Shown in pieces: positions 10,021 to 18,307 of a stretch of 21,727 nucleotides of DNA. The notes below the pieces were generated by a model. It ran no database searches, had not been told where the DNA came from, and saw nothing but the letters and a program-made list of their open reading frames with translations. How positions within the stretch are numbered: position 1 is the stretch's first letter; every line of letters begins with the position of its first letter. The stretch is taken from positions 6,304 to 28,030 of the forward strand of contig JBEQAF010000022.1 of NCBI GenBank assembly GCA_041640455.1, read 5' to 3'. This stretch comes from a bacterium (GTDB lineage Bacteria; CALINM01). A program made the position numbers and the translations under genes.

Positions 10021-11070
10021 CTATCTGGCAGCCATAATTCCTTCTATTGATTTATCAAAAGGCGGATATAAAATACCTTTTTCAGTTATTATGGCTGATA
10101 TTAGCTGCCATGGTGTTACATCAAAAGAAGGATTATAGACCATGGCTTCATCGGGTACAAGCTTTTTACTGTTAAAAACTCTTATCTCCTCCTCACTTCT
10201 TAACTCTATTGGGATTTTTGAACCATCCGGGGTATTTATATCTATTGTTGACAATGGTGCTGCCACATAAAAAGGGATATTATGATATTTAGCCAGTACA
10301 GCCACTGAATAAGTGCCTATTTTGTTTGCTGTGTCTCCGTTTGCAGCAATTCTATCGGCACCTACTATTACTAAATTAATCTTCCTTTGAGACATAATAT
10401 AGCCTGCCATATTATCACAGATTACCGTAACAGGAATGCCATCTTTTGAAAGCTCCCATGCGGTTAATCTTGCACCCTGAAGATAAGGTCTTGTCTCGTC
10501 GGCAAAAACTGAAATACCTTTACCTTCCTGATAAGCAGCCCTGATCACAGAAAGCGCCGTTCCATATTCAGATGTGGCTAAAGCGCCGGCATTGCAATGG
10601 GTTAAAATGGCATCACCATCTTTTATAAGCCCTCTTCCATACTCACCAATATTTTTACAGATTAATATATCTTCCTCGTAAATCCTTTTCGCCTTTGCCA
10701 CAAGCTCATCCTTAATCTCGTTAATGGACAGACAGGGGCTCTCATCAAAGGTTCTTTTCATCCTGTTTATAGCCCAGAAAAGATTTACTGCTGTAGGTCT
10801 TGTTTTTGAGAACTCATCCAGTATCTGATAGAATTCTTTTTGAAAAACCTCACGATTTAGAGTTTTTATATTCTTTGCCCCCAGAGCAATACCAAATGCG
10901 GCAGCTATACCTATAGCCGGGGCTCCTCTTATAATCATATCCTTTATAGCCCTTGCAACCTCTTTATAATCTTCATATTCATAGTAGATCTCTTTTTCTG
11001 GGAGAAGTCTCTGGTCTAACATGGAGACCCTTTCTCCGTCAAAGCTGATAGTATAAAAGCTTTTACCCAT
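10021..11070 (-). CDS. mtnA: S-methyl-5-thioribose-1-phosphate isomerase
   Basis: LDQR.LP, IRGAPAIG, RPTAVNL, THCNAGALAT, ETRPYLQGARLTAWEL, GADRIAANGDTANKIGTY, NPSFDVTP. Start moved from the TTG at 11082 to the ATG at 11070, which has GGAG 6 nt upstream. Confidence 0.96.
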   Translation of the reverse strand: MGKSFYTISFDGERVSMLDQRLLPEKEIYYEYEDYKEVARAIKDMIIRGAPAIGIAAAFGIALGAKNIKTLNREVFQKEFYQILDEFSKTRPTAVNLFWAINRMKRTFDESPCLSINEIKDELVAKAKRIYEEDILICKNIGEYGRGLIKDGDAILTHCNAGALATSEYGTALSVIRAAYQEGKGISVFADETRPYLQGARLTAWELSKDGIPVTVICDNMAGYIMSQRKINLVIVGADRIAANGDTANKIGTYSVAVLAKYHNIPFYVAAPLSTIDINTPDGSKIPIELRSEEEIRVFNSKKLVPDEAMVYNPSFDVTPWQLISAIITEKGILYPPFDKSIEGIMAAR

Positions 11071-11105
11071 TTCTGACTCCAAATTTTAATATCTTCTCAA
11101 GCTGA

Positions 11106-12572
11106 CTAACTTTTTTGATTTTTCTTAAACTCTTTGCAGGTCAGTTTATATAGTTTTATCTTTTTTCTTAAGGTATTTCGGTTAATACCCAGTATGTCTG
11201 CTGCTTTAATCTGATTCCCTCTGGTCATGGCTAAAATCTTTTCTATTAGCGGCTTTTCAACCTGAGAGATAACAAAGTCATAAACATTTCTTATCTGTCC
11301 GGTATTTAAAAATCTTACCACCTCATCAAGTTTCCAGCTTATCATCTCTTCCAGTGATAGTTCTTTAACTATCTCCTTACTGGGCTCTCCTTTGGTGAGA
11401 AATCTGAAGTCAGACTTATCAAGCACCTCATTGGGAGATATGAGAAATGCCCTTTTGATAGTATTCTGAAGCTCTCTTACATTTCCTGGCCAGTCATAAG
11501 CCATTAGAAGATGGATTGCATCATCGGTAATATCCTTTTTTACCGAAATATCTTTAGAAAATTTTTTCAAAAAGTATTTTACCAGCTCTTGAATATCTTC
11601 CTTTCTATCTCTTAAAGGGGGTATATATATAGGTATCTGATTGAGTCTGTCAAAAAGATCGGCTCTGAATGCCTTATTTTTTATAAGCTCAATCAGATCT
11701 TGATTTGTGGCTGCTACTATTTTCACATCAATCTTAATGGGCTTTGTGCCTCCTATGGGAACAATCTCCTTTTCTTCAAGAACTCTTAAAATTTTTGCCT
11801 GAAGCTCAGTAGGCATATCGCCTATCTCATCTAAAAACAGCACACCGCTATTTGCAAGCTCAAATTTACCTATCTTTCTCTCATTTGCGCCAGTAAATGC
11901 ACCTTTTTCATAGCCAAAAAGCTCACTCTCAAGCAGATCTTTCGGAATAGCAGCGCAATTAACTGATACAAAAGGATTACCTGATCTTTTACTGTTTAAA
12001 TGTATTGCCTTTGCAACCAGCTCTTTACCTGTCCCCCTCTCACCCTGAATAAGTACTGTTGCGTCACTGTCTGCAATCTTTCCAATTAGTTTAAAAATTT
12101 CTTTCATTGCCGAAGACTTGCCCACCATGAAGATGTCATCTTCCACATCACTATGTTTTTTACTTTCAATAGTTTTTACCACATTTCTGCGAGATCTGGA
12201 GTAGGTCTCGAGAGCCTTCTGGGCTATCTTTTCAATATCTTCAAGATTAAACGGTTTTGTAATGTAATCGTAGGCTCCTCTTTTCATAGCCTCAACGGCA
12301 TTTTTCATGGTGCTCTGGGCTGTCATAATCACCGTAGGCGGATGATTGGGGATAGTATTTATCTTGTCAAGTATCTGAAAGCCAGATATATCGGGTATAA
12401 TAATGTCAAGAAATATCAGATTAAACTGTTCATCCTCTATCTTTTTAAGGGCTTCTTTTCCGCTAAGCGCTTCTGTTACAAAATAACCCTTCTGACTAAA
12501 AAGTTTTTTCAGTAGCCAGCAAATATTTTTTTCATCATCTATAACCAGTATTTTTACATCCTCTTTTTTCAT
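11106..12572 (-). CDS. ntrC: Sigma54-dependent response regulator, NtrC-like (REC-AAA+-Fis HTH)
   Basis: Receiver domain (VIDDE, FLD, TA, KPF); GERGTGKE, GAFTGA, LFLDEIG, WPGNVREL; C-terminal VEKPLI...TRGNQIKAADILGINRNTLRKK resembles the NtrC HTH. Family is certain, orthology to NtrC is likely. Confidence 0.8.
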   Translation of the reverse strand: MKKEDVKILVIDDEKNICWLLKKLFSQKGYFVTEALSGKEALKKIEDEQFNLIFLDIIIPDISGFQILDKINTIPNHPPTVIMTAQSTMKNAVEAMKRGAYDYITKPFNLEDIEKIAQKALETYSRSRRNVVKTIESKKHSDVEDDIFMVGKSSAMKEIFKLIGKIADSDATVLIQGERGTGKELVAKAIHLNSKRSGNPFVSVNCAAIPKDLLESELFGYEKGAFTGANERKIGKFELANSGVLFLDEIGDMPTELQAKILRVLEEKEIVPIGGTKPIKIDVKIVAATNQDLIELIKNKAFRADLFDRLNQIPIYIPPLRDRKEDIQELVKYFLKKFSKDISVKKDITDDAIHLLMAYDWPGNVRELQNTIKRAFLISPNEVLDKSDFRFLTKGEPSKEIVKELSLEEMISWKLDEVVRFLNTGQIRNVYDFVISQVEKPLIEKILAMTRGNQIKAADILGINRNTLRKKIKLYKLTCKEFKKNQKS

Positions 12573-13627
12573 TTTACACCTTTCATTGGTATATACAGGC
12601 TTACTGTAGTGCCTTTTTTATATTCACTTTTAATTCGCATAAAGCCCTTGTGCTCCATTATAACCTTCTGGGTATAAACCAAACCAAGCCCTGTCCCTTT
12701 TTGTTTGGTGGTAAAAAAAGGCGTAAACAGTTTGTGCTGATCTTCCTCCTTAACACCCTCCCCCGTATCCAATACCTCAATAAGCAGGTAATTGTAATCT
12801 TTGTCATTCTCCTTATATTTTATGTCTACCACAAATCTGACCTTAATATTTATTGTGCCACCAGTATATGACGCCTCCACTGCATTTTTTATGATATTAA
12901 AAATTGCCTTATATAAACTCTCCCTATCGCCGTATATTCTCGGTATGGTGGTATCGTACTCCTTTAAAACAAGCAGGTTTTTCTCTTTTATATGGGGCAA
13001 GAGATTTCTTGTTGACTCGTCAATAATATCAATAATACTTAGCTGTTCCAATTTTACCAGCTGGGTATTGGAATAATCAAGCAGATCCTGAATAATCTTT
13101 TCTATCCGCTCTATCTCGGAGAATATTATTCGGAAAGATTCGTCATCTTTTATCTTGTTTTCCATCATTATAAGCTGAGATATACCCTTTATTACGCCTA
13201 AGGGATTTTTTATCTCATGAGCCATACTTGCAAAGAGCACAGAAAGCTTTTCTATGCTTTGTCTTTCATATTTGGATGACTCCATGGATTTTAGAAAAGA
13301 ACAGTCTTCAACAACGATAAGAAACTGATCGGGCTTAACGGATATGGGGATAAAATAAAAATTAAGCAGGTATTTATTGCCGAGATAATTAATAAAAGGC
13401 TCTTCGTAAAGTTTTAATGTCTTGTTATCCAGCTTTGACTTATAGTATAGATCTATCACCTTTTTAGGAAACCTAAGATTATCCAGGCCTGATTCCAGTA
13501 CCTTTTTTTTCGATATCCCCAGTATGTTTTCCACTGCAGAATTTACATAGGTAACCAGATTAGAGCTAAGGTATATGGTTCCGAAAGGCAGATTTTCAGT
13601 TATGTTTTCAAAATTGAAGGAACGCAT
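12569..13627 (-). CDS. ntrB: Cytoplasmic PAS histidine kinase, NtrB-like
   Basis: N-terminal PAS (YVNSAVENILG), H-box AHEIKNPLG, N-box NIIKNAVEA, DTGEG, LFTPFFTTK, GTGLGL; no transmembrane segment; 352 aa; overlaps ntrC by 4 nt. Confidence 0.78.
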   Translation of the reverse strand: MRSFNFENITENLPFGTIYLSSNLVTYVNSAVENILGISKKKVLESGLDNLRFPKKVIDLYYKSKLDNKTLKLYEEPFINYLGNKYLLNFYFIPISVKPDQFLIVVEDCSFLKSMESSKYERQSIEKLSVLFASMAHEIKNPLGVIKGISQLIMMENKIKDDESFRIIFSEIERIEKIIQDLLDYSNTQLVKLEQLSIIDIIDESTRNLLPHIKEKNLLVLKEYDTTIPRIYGDRESLYKAIFNIIKNAVEASYTGGTINIKVRFVVDIKYKENDKDYNYLLIEVLDTGEGVKEEDQHKLFTPFFTTKQKGTGLGLVYTQKVIMEHKGFMRIKSEYKKGTTVSLYIPMKGVK

Positions 13628-14061
13628 TATTTAACCACTTTGACAGAATATCCCTTTTTAATCAGACCACCCTTTAATATTTTGCAGAAAATACCTTCTT
13701 TTGGCATAACACAGTCGCCCACGGTTTTATAGATATTGCATCTGGTGTGACAGATCTTTCCATGCTGGGTAACCTCAAGAACTGTTTCGCCTATCTGAAT
13801 CCTTGTCCCCAGAGGAAGAGAAAGCAGATCTATCCCTTCGGTTGTAATATTTTCAGCAAAATCACCGGGGTTTACATCGAGCCCGAGCTGTCTCATCTTT
13901 TCAATGCTTTCAACGGCAAGAAGGCTAACCTGTCTTATTCCTCCTTCTGCATGGGCGTCATGTTCCAGCCCCTTATCTTGAATGAGCACAGCCTCTTCTA
14001 CCGGCTTTTTTTTAACTGACTTTTTTTCAGAAATGTTTATAGATAAAACTTTTCCTTCCAT
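13627..14061 (-). CDS. MOSC domain protein (stand-alone; predicted sulfur/Moco carrier)
   Basis: GKVLSINISEKK, GLEHDAH, RQVSLL, PGDFAENITT, LEVTQ.GK.CH..C.I....GDC.MP.EG. Confidence 0.92.
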   Translation of the reverse strand: MEGKVLSINISEKKSVKKKPVEEAVLIQDKGLEHDAHAEGGIRQVSLLAVESIEKMRQLGLDVNPGDFAENITTEGIDLLSLPLGTRIQIGETVLEVTQHGKICHTRCNIYKTVGDCVMPKEGIFCKILKGGLIKKGYSVKVVK

Positions 14062-14067
14062 ATATAA

Positions 14068-16287
14068 TTACCCCCTGATATGGTTTGCCTTGACTATCAG
14101 TTCATCATACTCTTCCCCGTCATCGGGAAACCTTGAGTAACCAAATCTTATGCACACATTGCCTTTAAGTAGATTCTTGGGATCAAAGGCCATTTTGTCA
14201 AAGACCTTTTTTAGCCTGAATATAACCTCAAGAGCCTTTTCATCGGCATCAACAAGTATTATACCAAACTTGTTATCATTAAGTCTTGCCACAACTTCAA
14301 AGCTTCTGATTTTTTCCCTGAGCTCAAAGGCTACTTTCTTAATAATCTCATCGGTGAATTTTTTACCGTAAGCCTCCAGAAATCTTTCATAGTTTTGTAG
14401 TTCAATTACCAGTAAAACTACCCTTTTATTATGTCTTTTGGCTCTCGCAATCTCCTCATAGACCCTTTTTTCAAAATATCTAAAATTGGGAAGTCCAGTT
14501 ACGAGGTCTGTATAATTTTCAAAAGAGCTGGTAAGTTTCCTATCAAGATCCTGAAGTATGGATAGAGACCTGGAGAACACATCCTGAATTATTTTTAAAT
14601 CCTGAGCAGAAAAGGATCTTATCTTGCTTGTCCCCTTTTTGTTATAAAAGGAAAAACAGGCTTCTATATCCTTATTCACCATAAAGGGATAGATAATAAA
14701 GGAGCTAAGAGTAGGAGCCAGATAACCATATTCCCTGTCCTTAATCGTATTTCTTACAAATAGGGCTGACTTTGATTTTAAAACCTTTCTTGTAAGGTCA
14801 CGGTCTATCTGAAAAAAATCTTTGCTCACAATATTTTCAAAACCAATACAGTCCTTAACAATATATGCCTTTTTTTCCTCATCATAAACCCTGACAAAAG
14901 CTACCGAGCAGGATAGCTCATCGCATAATCTTTTTAACAGATAGTTGAAAAAGGATACCTTGTCTTCCATGAGACTTAGTTCTGCGGTAAGCTCTTCGGT
15001 AAAATCTCTGAAGCGGCTCTGCTCTGCCATCTCTTCCTTGTGATAAACCAGAGACAGCAATTGAGAGAGGTTAAGAACAAGATCTTTAAGAAACTCAATG
15101 CTTACTACTCCATCGGTTTTATAATTTATAAAGCTAACTATACCAAAGCAGTTATCATCTACCATTAGAGGGAAAGCAGCATAACCTCTGAAAAAATCCT
15201 TTTCAGGTTCAAGAAAGATAACCTCTTTTTTATTCTTATATACCCAGTTTTCGATAGTATTATCCGATATAATATCTGCCGTATCATATATAGGGTAATT
15301 GGTAGCCACAACCTCAAAGCCATAGTTATCAGAACACATCACTATGGATGTATAAACTGAAAAATTTTCATATAAGTAATCAATGATCTTTACCACCCTG
15401 TCATATATAGGCAGTTTAAGAGATAATATCTGAGAGATTTCAGAAAATATCTTATATCTTTCCGAATCTTCTTTAAACTCAGAAAATTTTTTTGAGGCGA
15501 ACAGAATGTTTCCTATCACATCTGAGACACCTCTTAAAAAGTCCAGATCCTTTTCAGAAAAGGCATTTATATCAGCATTGCTTGACAGATTGATTACTCC
15601 TACCACTTCATTCTCTTTTAAAAGCGGTACACATATGGCAGATTTAATATCCTCTCTTTTTCTAATTTTTTTAAAAGTTTTGTCATCAGGGCTGCCCGAG
15701 ATTATTATGGGCTCCTTGTTTTCTACCACCTTACCTGCTATACCTTCACCAAGCGGTGTCTTTATAAAATCCCAGAGAACCCTGTCAATACCATAAGCCA
15801 TAGCAACCTTTAAAACTTTCTCTTTCTTATCAAACAACATTATGGATCCTCTGGTTGCTCCTGTTTTATCGCAAAGAAATCTTAATATCTCATCAAGCAG
15901 TTTTTCCTTGTCAAAGAGCATGGATAGATTATCAGCTATATTTTTTAATTCTCCTGTAATTATCTGTAGATCCTTATTTTCCTGACCCCTATACAGAAAA
16001 TCTGCTGAGGTACCGCTGATAATCTTGATATCCGAAAGATTAAGTGATCTTAGTTTTTCAGTCAGTTCAGGATCATTGTCAACATTTATGATAGCAAAAA
16101 TTTTATTGCCATGATGCTTCAGCTCCGTCAGATCATATATAATGGTCTTCCATTTTAGCTCTCCCGTATTGGTAAGTTTTTTATCCCTGTCTATGAGTAT
16201 CTCCACTTTCACATTTCTGTCATCCTTCATTCTCAAATAAAGGTCAAGTATCTTCTGAGAGCTACCATAAAGAGCCACATTATTCAT
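14068..16287 (-). CDS. Multi-GAF signalling protein with a degenerate GGDEF domain
   Basis: N-terminal Rossmann-like domain; a clear GAF (GEGIAGKV, SAICVPL, GVINLS, FSEKD) plus two more divergent GAFs; C-terminal GGDEF fold (DLVTGLPNFRYF, EIARAKR, FPDDG) with NDNKF at the GGDEF site. Confidence 0.85.
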   Translation of the reverse strand: MNNVALYGSSQKILDLYLRMKDDRNVKVEILIDRDKKLTNTGELKWKTIIYDLTELKHHGNKIFAIINVDNDPELTEKLRSLNLSDIKIISGTSADFLYRGQENKDLQIITGELKNIADNLSMLFDKEKLLDEILRFLCDKTGATRGSIMLFDKKEKVLKVAMAYGIDRVLWDFIKTPLGEGIAGKVVENKEPIIISGSPDDKTFKKIRKREDIKSAICVPLLKENEVVGVINLSSNADINAFSEKDLDFLRGVSDVIGNILFASKKFSEFKEDSERYKIFSEISQILSLKLPIYDRVVKIIDYLYENFSVYTSIVMCSDNYGFEVVATNYPIYDTADIISDNTIENWVYKNKKEVIFLEPEKDFFRGYAAFPLMVDDNCFGIVSFINYKTDGVVSIEFLKDLVLNLSQLLSLVYHKEEMAEQSRFRDFTEELTAELSLMEDKVSFFNYLLKRLCDELSCSVAFVRVYDEEKKAYIVKDCIGFENIVSKDFFQIDRDLTRKVLKSKSALFVRNTIKDREYGYLAPTLSSFIIYPFMVNKDIEACFSFYNKKGTSKIRSFSAQDLKIIQDVFSRSLSILQDLDRKLTSSFENYTDLVTGLPNFRYFEKRVYEEIARAKRHNKRVVLLVIELQNYERFLEAYGKKFTDEIIKKVAFELREKIRSFEVVARLNDNKFGIILVDADEKALEVIFRLKKVFDKMAFDPKNLLKGNVCIRFGYSRFPDDGEEYDELIVKANHIRG

Positions 16288-17318
16288 AAATACTCCTCAA
16301 TCTCTATTTTTAGCCTTATTTTTATTGATCTTTTTTTATCTCCAGAATTTATAAGCAAAGGTATTTCTATATCCTTTCCGTTGATAAGCGGTGTTTCTAT
16401 GGCAAGATCAAGCTTGTCAAGCTCAGTTTTGTTGGGGCATATATCGGCTGTTAATGCTTTTCTTTCAAATATATCCTTATCGAAGGTTCTGATATCAAAA
16501 TCCTTTTTTTCGGGCTCCTTTATCTCTTCCATCTCCTCTATATCTGAGAGAATATCATCAGAGACAGAGGTCTCCACGATAGTTTTTTCTTCCTGTGGTG
16601 TATCTTCTTTAATTATTCCGTCCAGAATTTCAAGCGCCGCATCGCTGTAGTCCTCTGGCAGATAGGCTGCTTGATCCCCTACTTTTTCCTTAGCTTTTTC
16701 CTTTTCTTCCTCAAGACCGAATTCTTTTTTTTCATCATGCTCTTTCAGCTTTTTTATCACCATCTTACAGATAGCCATAAGCGTTTCAAGAACTCCCTTC
16801 CCTTCGGTAGCAACGGCAGTAAAAAAGGGCGCTTTATATTTGTTAAGATGAATATGTAGATCTTCAATATCCATTGCATTCTCAAGATCTCGTTTATTGT
16901 ACTGAATAACCATGGGGATCTCTTTTATATCAATTCCATAGTCATTGAGATTTTCTTCCAGATTTTTCAGGCTCTCTATGTTATCCTCAAGCATCTGCTT
17001 CTGAGAGTCTGCAACAAAAACTATCCCATCTACACCCTTTAGCACCATCTTTCTTGTAGTATTATAAAAGATCTGTCCCGGTACAGTATAAAGGTGAAAT
17101 CTTACCTTATAACCGTTTATCTCGCCTATGCTTATTGGTAAAAAATCGAAAAATAATGTTCTATCTGTCTGGGTTGCCAGACTCACCAGTTTACCCCTGC
17201 TTTCTGGTGTAAGTTTTTTGTGAATATATATTATGTTAGTTGTTTTTCCTGATAATCCCGGTCCATAATAGACTATTTTGGCATTTATCTCTTTGTTTAT
17301 ATAATTTATAAAAGCCAT
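16284..17318 (-). CDS. MglA-family small GTPase with ~150-aa C-terminal extension
   Basis: FINY..KEINAKIVYYGPGLSGKTTN, DRTLFFDFLP, LYTVPGQIFY, GVDGIVFVADS, QYNKRD, AVATEG.GV. The ATG at 17318 is preferred over the GTG at 17321 (AAGGAG 6 nt upstream; TGATG coupling). Confidence 0.93.
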   Translation of the reverse strand: MAFINYINKEINAKIVYYGPGLSGKTTNIIYIHKKLTPESRGKLVSLATQTDRTLFFDFLPISIGEINGYKVRFHLYTVPGQIFYNTTRKMVLKGVDGIVFVADSQKQMLEDNIESLKNLEENLNDYGIDIKEIPMVIQYNKRDLENAMDIEDLHIHLNKYKAPFFTAVATEGKGVLETLMAICKMVIKKLKEHDEKKEFGLEEEKEKAKEKVGDQAAYLPEDYSDAALEILDGIIKEDTPQEEKTIVETSVSDDILSDIEEMEEIKEPEKKDFDIRTFDKDIFERKALTADICPNKTELDKLDLAIETPLINGKDIEIPLLINSGDKKRSIKIRLKIEIEEYL

Positions 17319-18307
17319 CACTTGCTCCTTTGAACCAGAATCTTTCTTGCGGCTGTAGTGATAACCGATGAAACATTTCTGCTTTTGGAAATCTTTTCGA
17401 GATCCTTATTGGATATGGAGGATAAAAACTTGATAGAAATGGGGATAGGCGTTTTGGGATTATATATCAGGTTAAGCTTGATACTGTAGCTCTGAATCCA
17501 GTTTTTATTTGAAGCTATAGCCCTTATTATCTCGTCAGGCAGATTTTTATCCTGAGATATCTTAACCACTTCCCCCTCGGTTATTCTCGGATTTTTCAGT
17601 ACTGCTGTAGAAACCAGTTTGTTACTATCTTTTATCAGAATACCTCTAACCTCTTTATTCCCCATAAGGGCAAATTTGATTTTTTCAGCCACAGATAGTT
17701 TAGCAATCTTACCGGCTATGCTTCTCTTTTTTTCTTCATCATCTTCTGCTACATTTTCTATGAGCTCCTTATGCTCTTCCTCCTCTTTCTTTGTAAAAAC
17801 TGGCTTCTGTATATCTACTGTCTCGGTTACCTTTTTAATTACGTGGAAGCTGATCTTATCATAATACTCCACAGGGAGTTCTGGATTATTTAGCAGATTA
17901 TTAATTATCACCTGATTTTTTGTCCAGACCTCTTCATTTTTCAAAATAATTCTCAGTAGTTCCTGATTTTTAACAGTAGAAAACTTTTCAAAAAGTCCTG
18001 CTGGAGTATTTTTGTTGGAAAAGATTTCAGCCAGCACATCCAGATCGTTCTGAAAAAGATAAGCGATTAGATAAAGAAATTTATCTGGAATATCCTGTTT
18101 AACAAAATTGATAATATACTGTCTCGGTGTCTCCTTAAGATTTTTAAAACAGTCTTCTCTCAGCCCATTTCTGTTCTCAATCGCATACGCCGATACTATG
18201 TATATAAGCTCATTAATCTGGAGGGGAAACTGCCCCTCCAGCACCATCTTATTAATCTCTTTATTATTGTCCTTTAATAACTTTTCTCCTACTTCAGAAA
18301 GTTTCAC
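17318..18307 (-). CDS. Conserved hypothetical helical-repeat protein (LRV/HEAT-like L..NP..P repeats)
   Basis: Long ORF coupled at both ends (GTGA and TGATG overlaps). Recurrent motifs IFSNKNTP, LLNNPELP, VLKNPRIT, LIYNPKTP, with a central acidic linker. Confidence 0.8.
   Translation of the reverse strand: MKLSEVGEKLLKDNNKEINKMVLEGQFPLQINELIYIVSAYAIENRNGLREDCFKNLKETPRQYIINFVKQDIPDKFLYLIAYLFQNDLDVLAEIFSNKNTPAGLFEKFSTVKNQELLRIILKNEEVWTKNQVIINNLLNNPELPVEYYDKISFHVIKKVTETVDIQKPVFTKKEEEEHKELIENVAEDDEEKKRSIAGKIAKLSVAEKIKFALMGNKEVRGILIKDSNKLVSTAVLKNPRITEGEVVKISQDKNLPDEIIRAIASNKNWIQSYSIKLNLIYNPKTPIPISIKFLSSISNKDLEKISKSRNVSSVITTAARKILVQRSK

Noticed and set aside
11071..11082. TTG start for mtnA given by the ORF track
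   Set aside because: This stretch contains the GGAG SD for the ATG at 11070, which is the better start.
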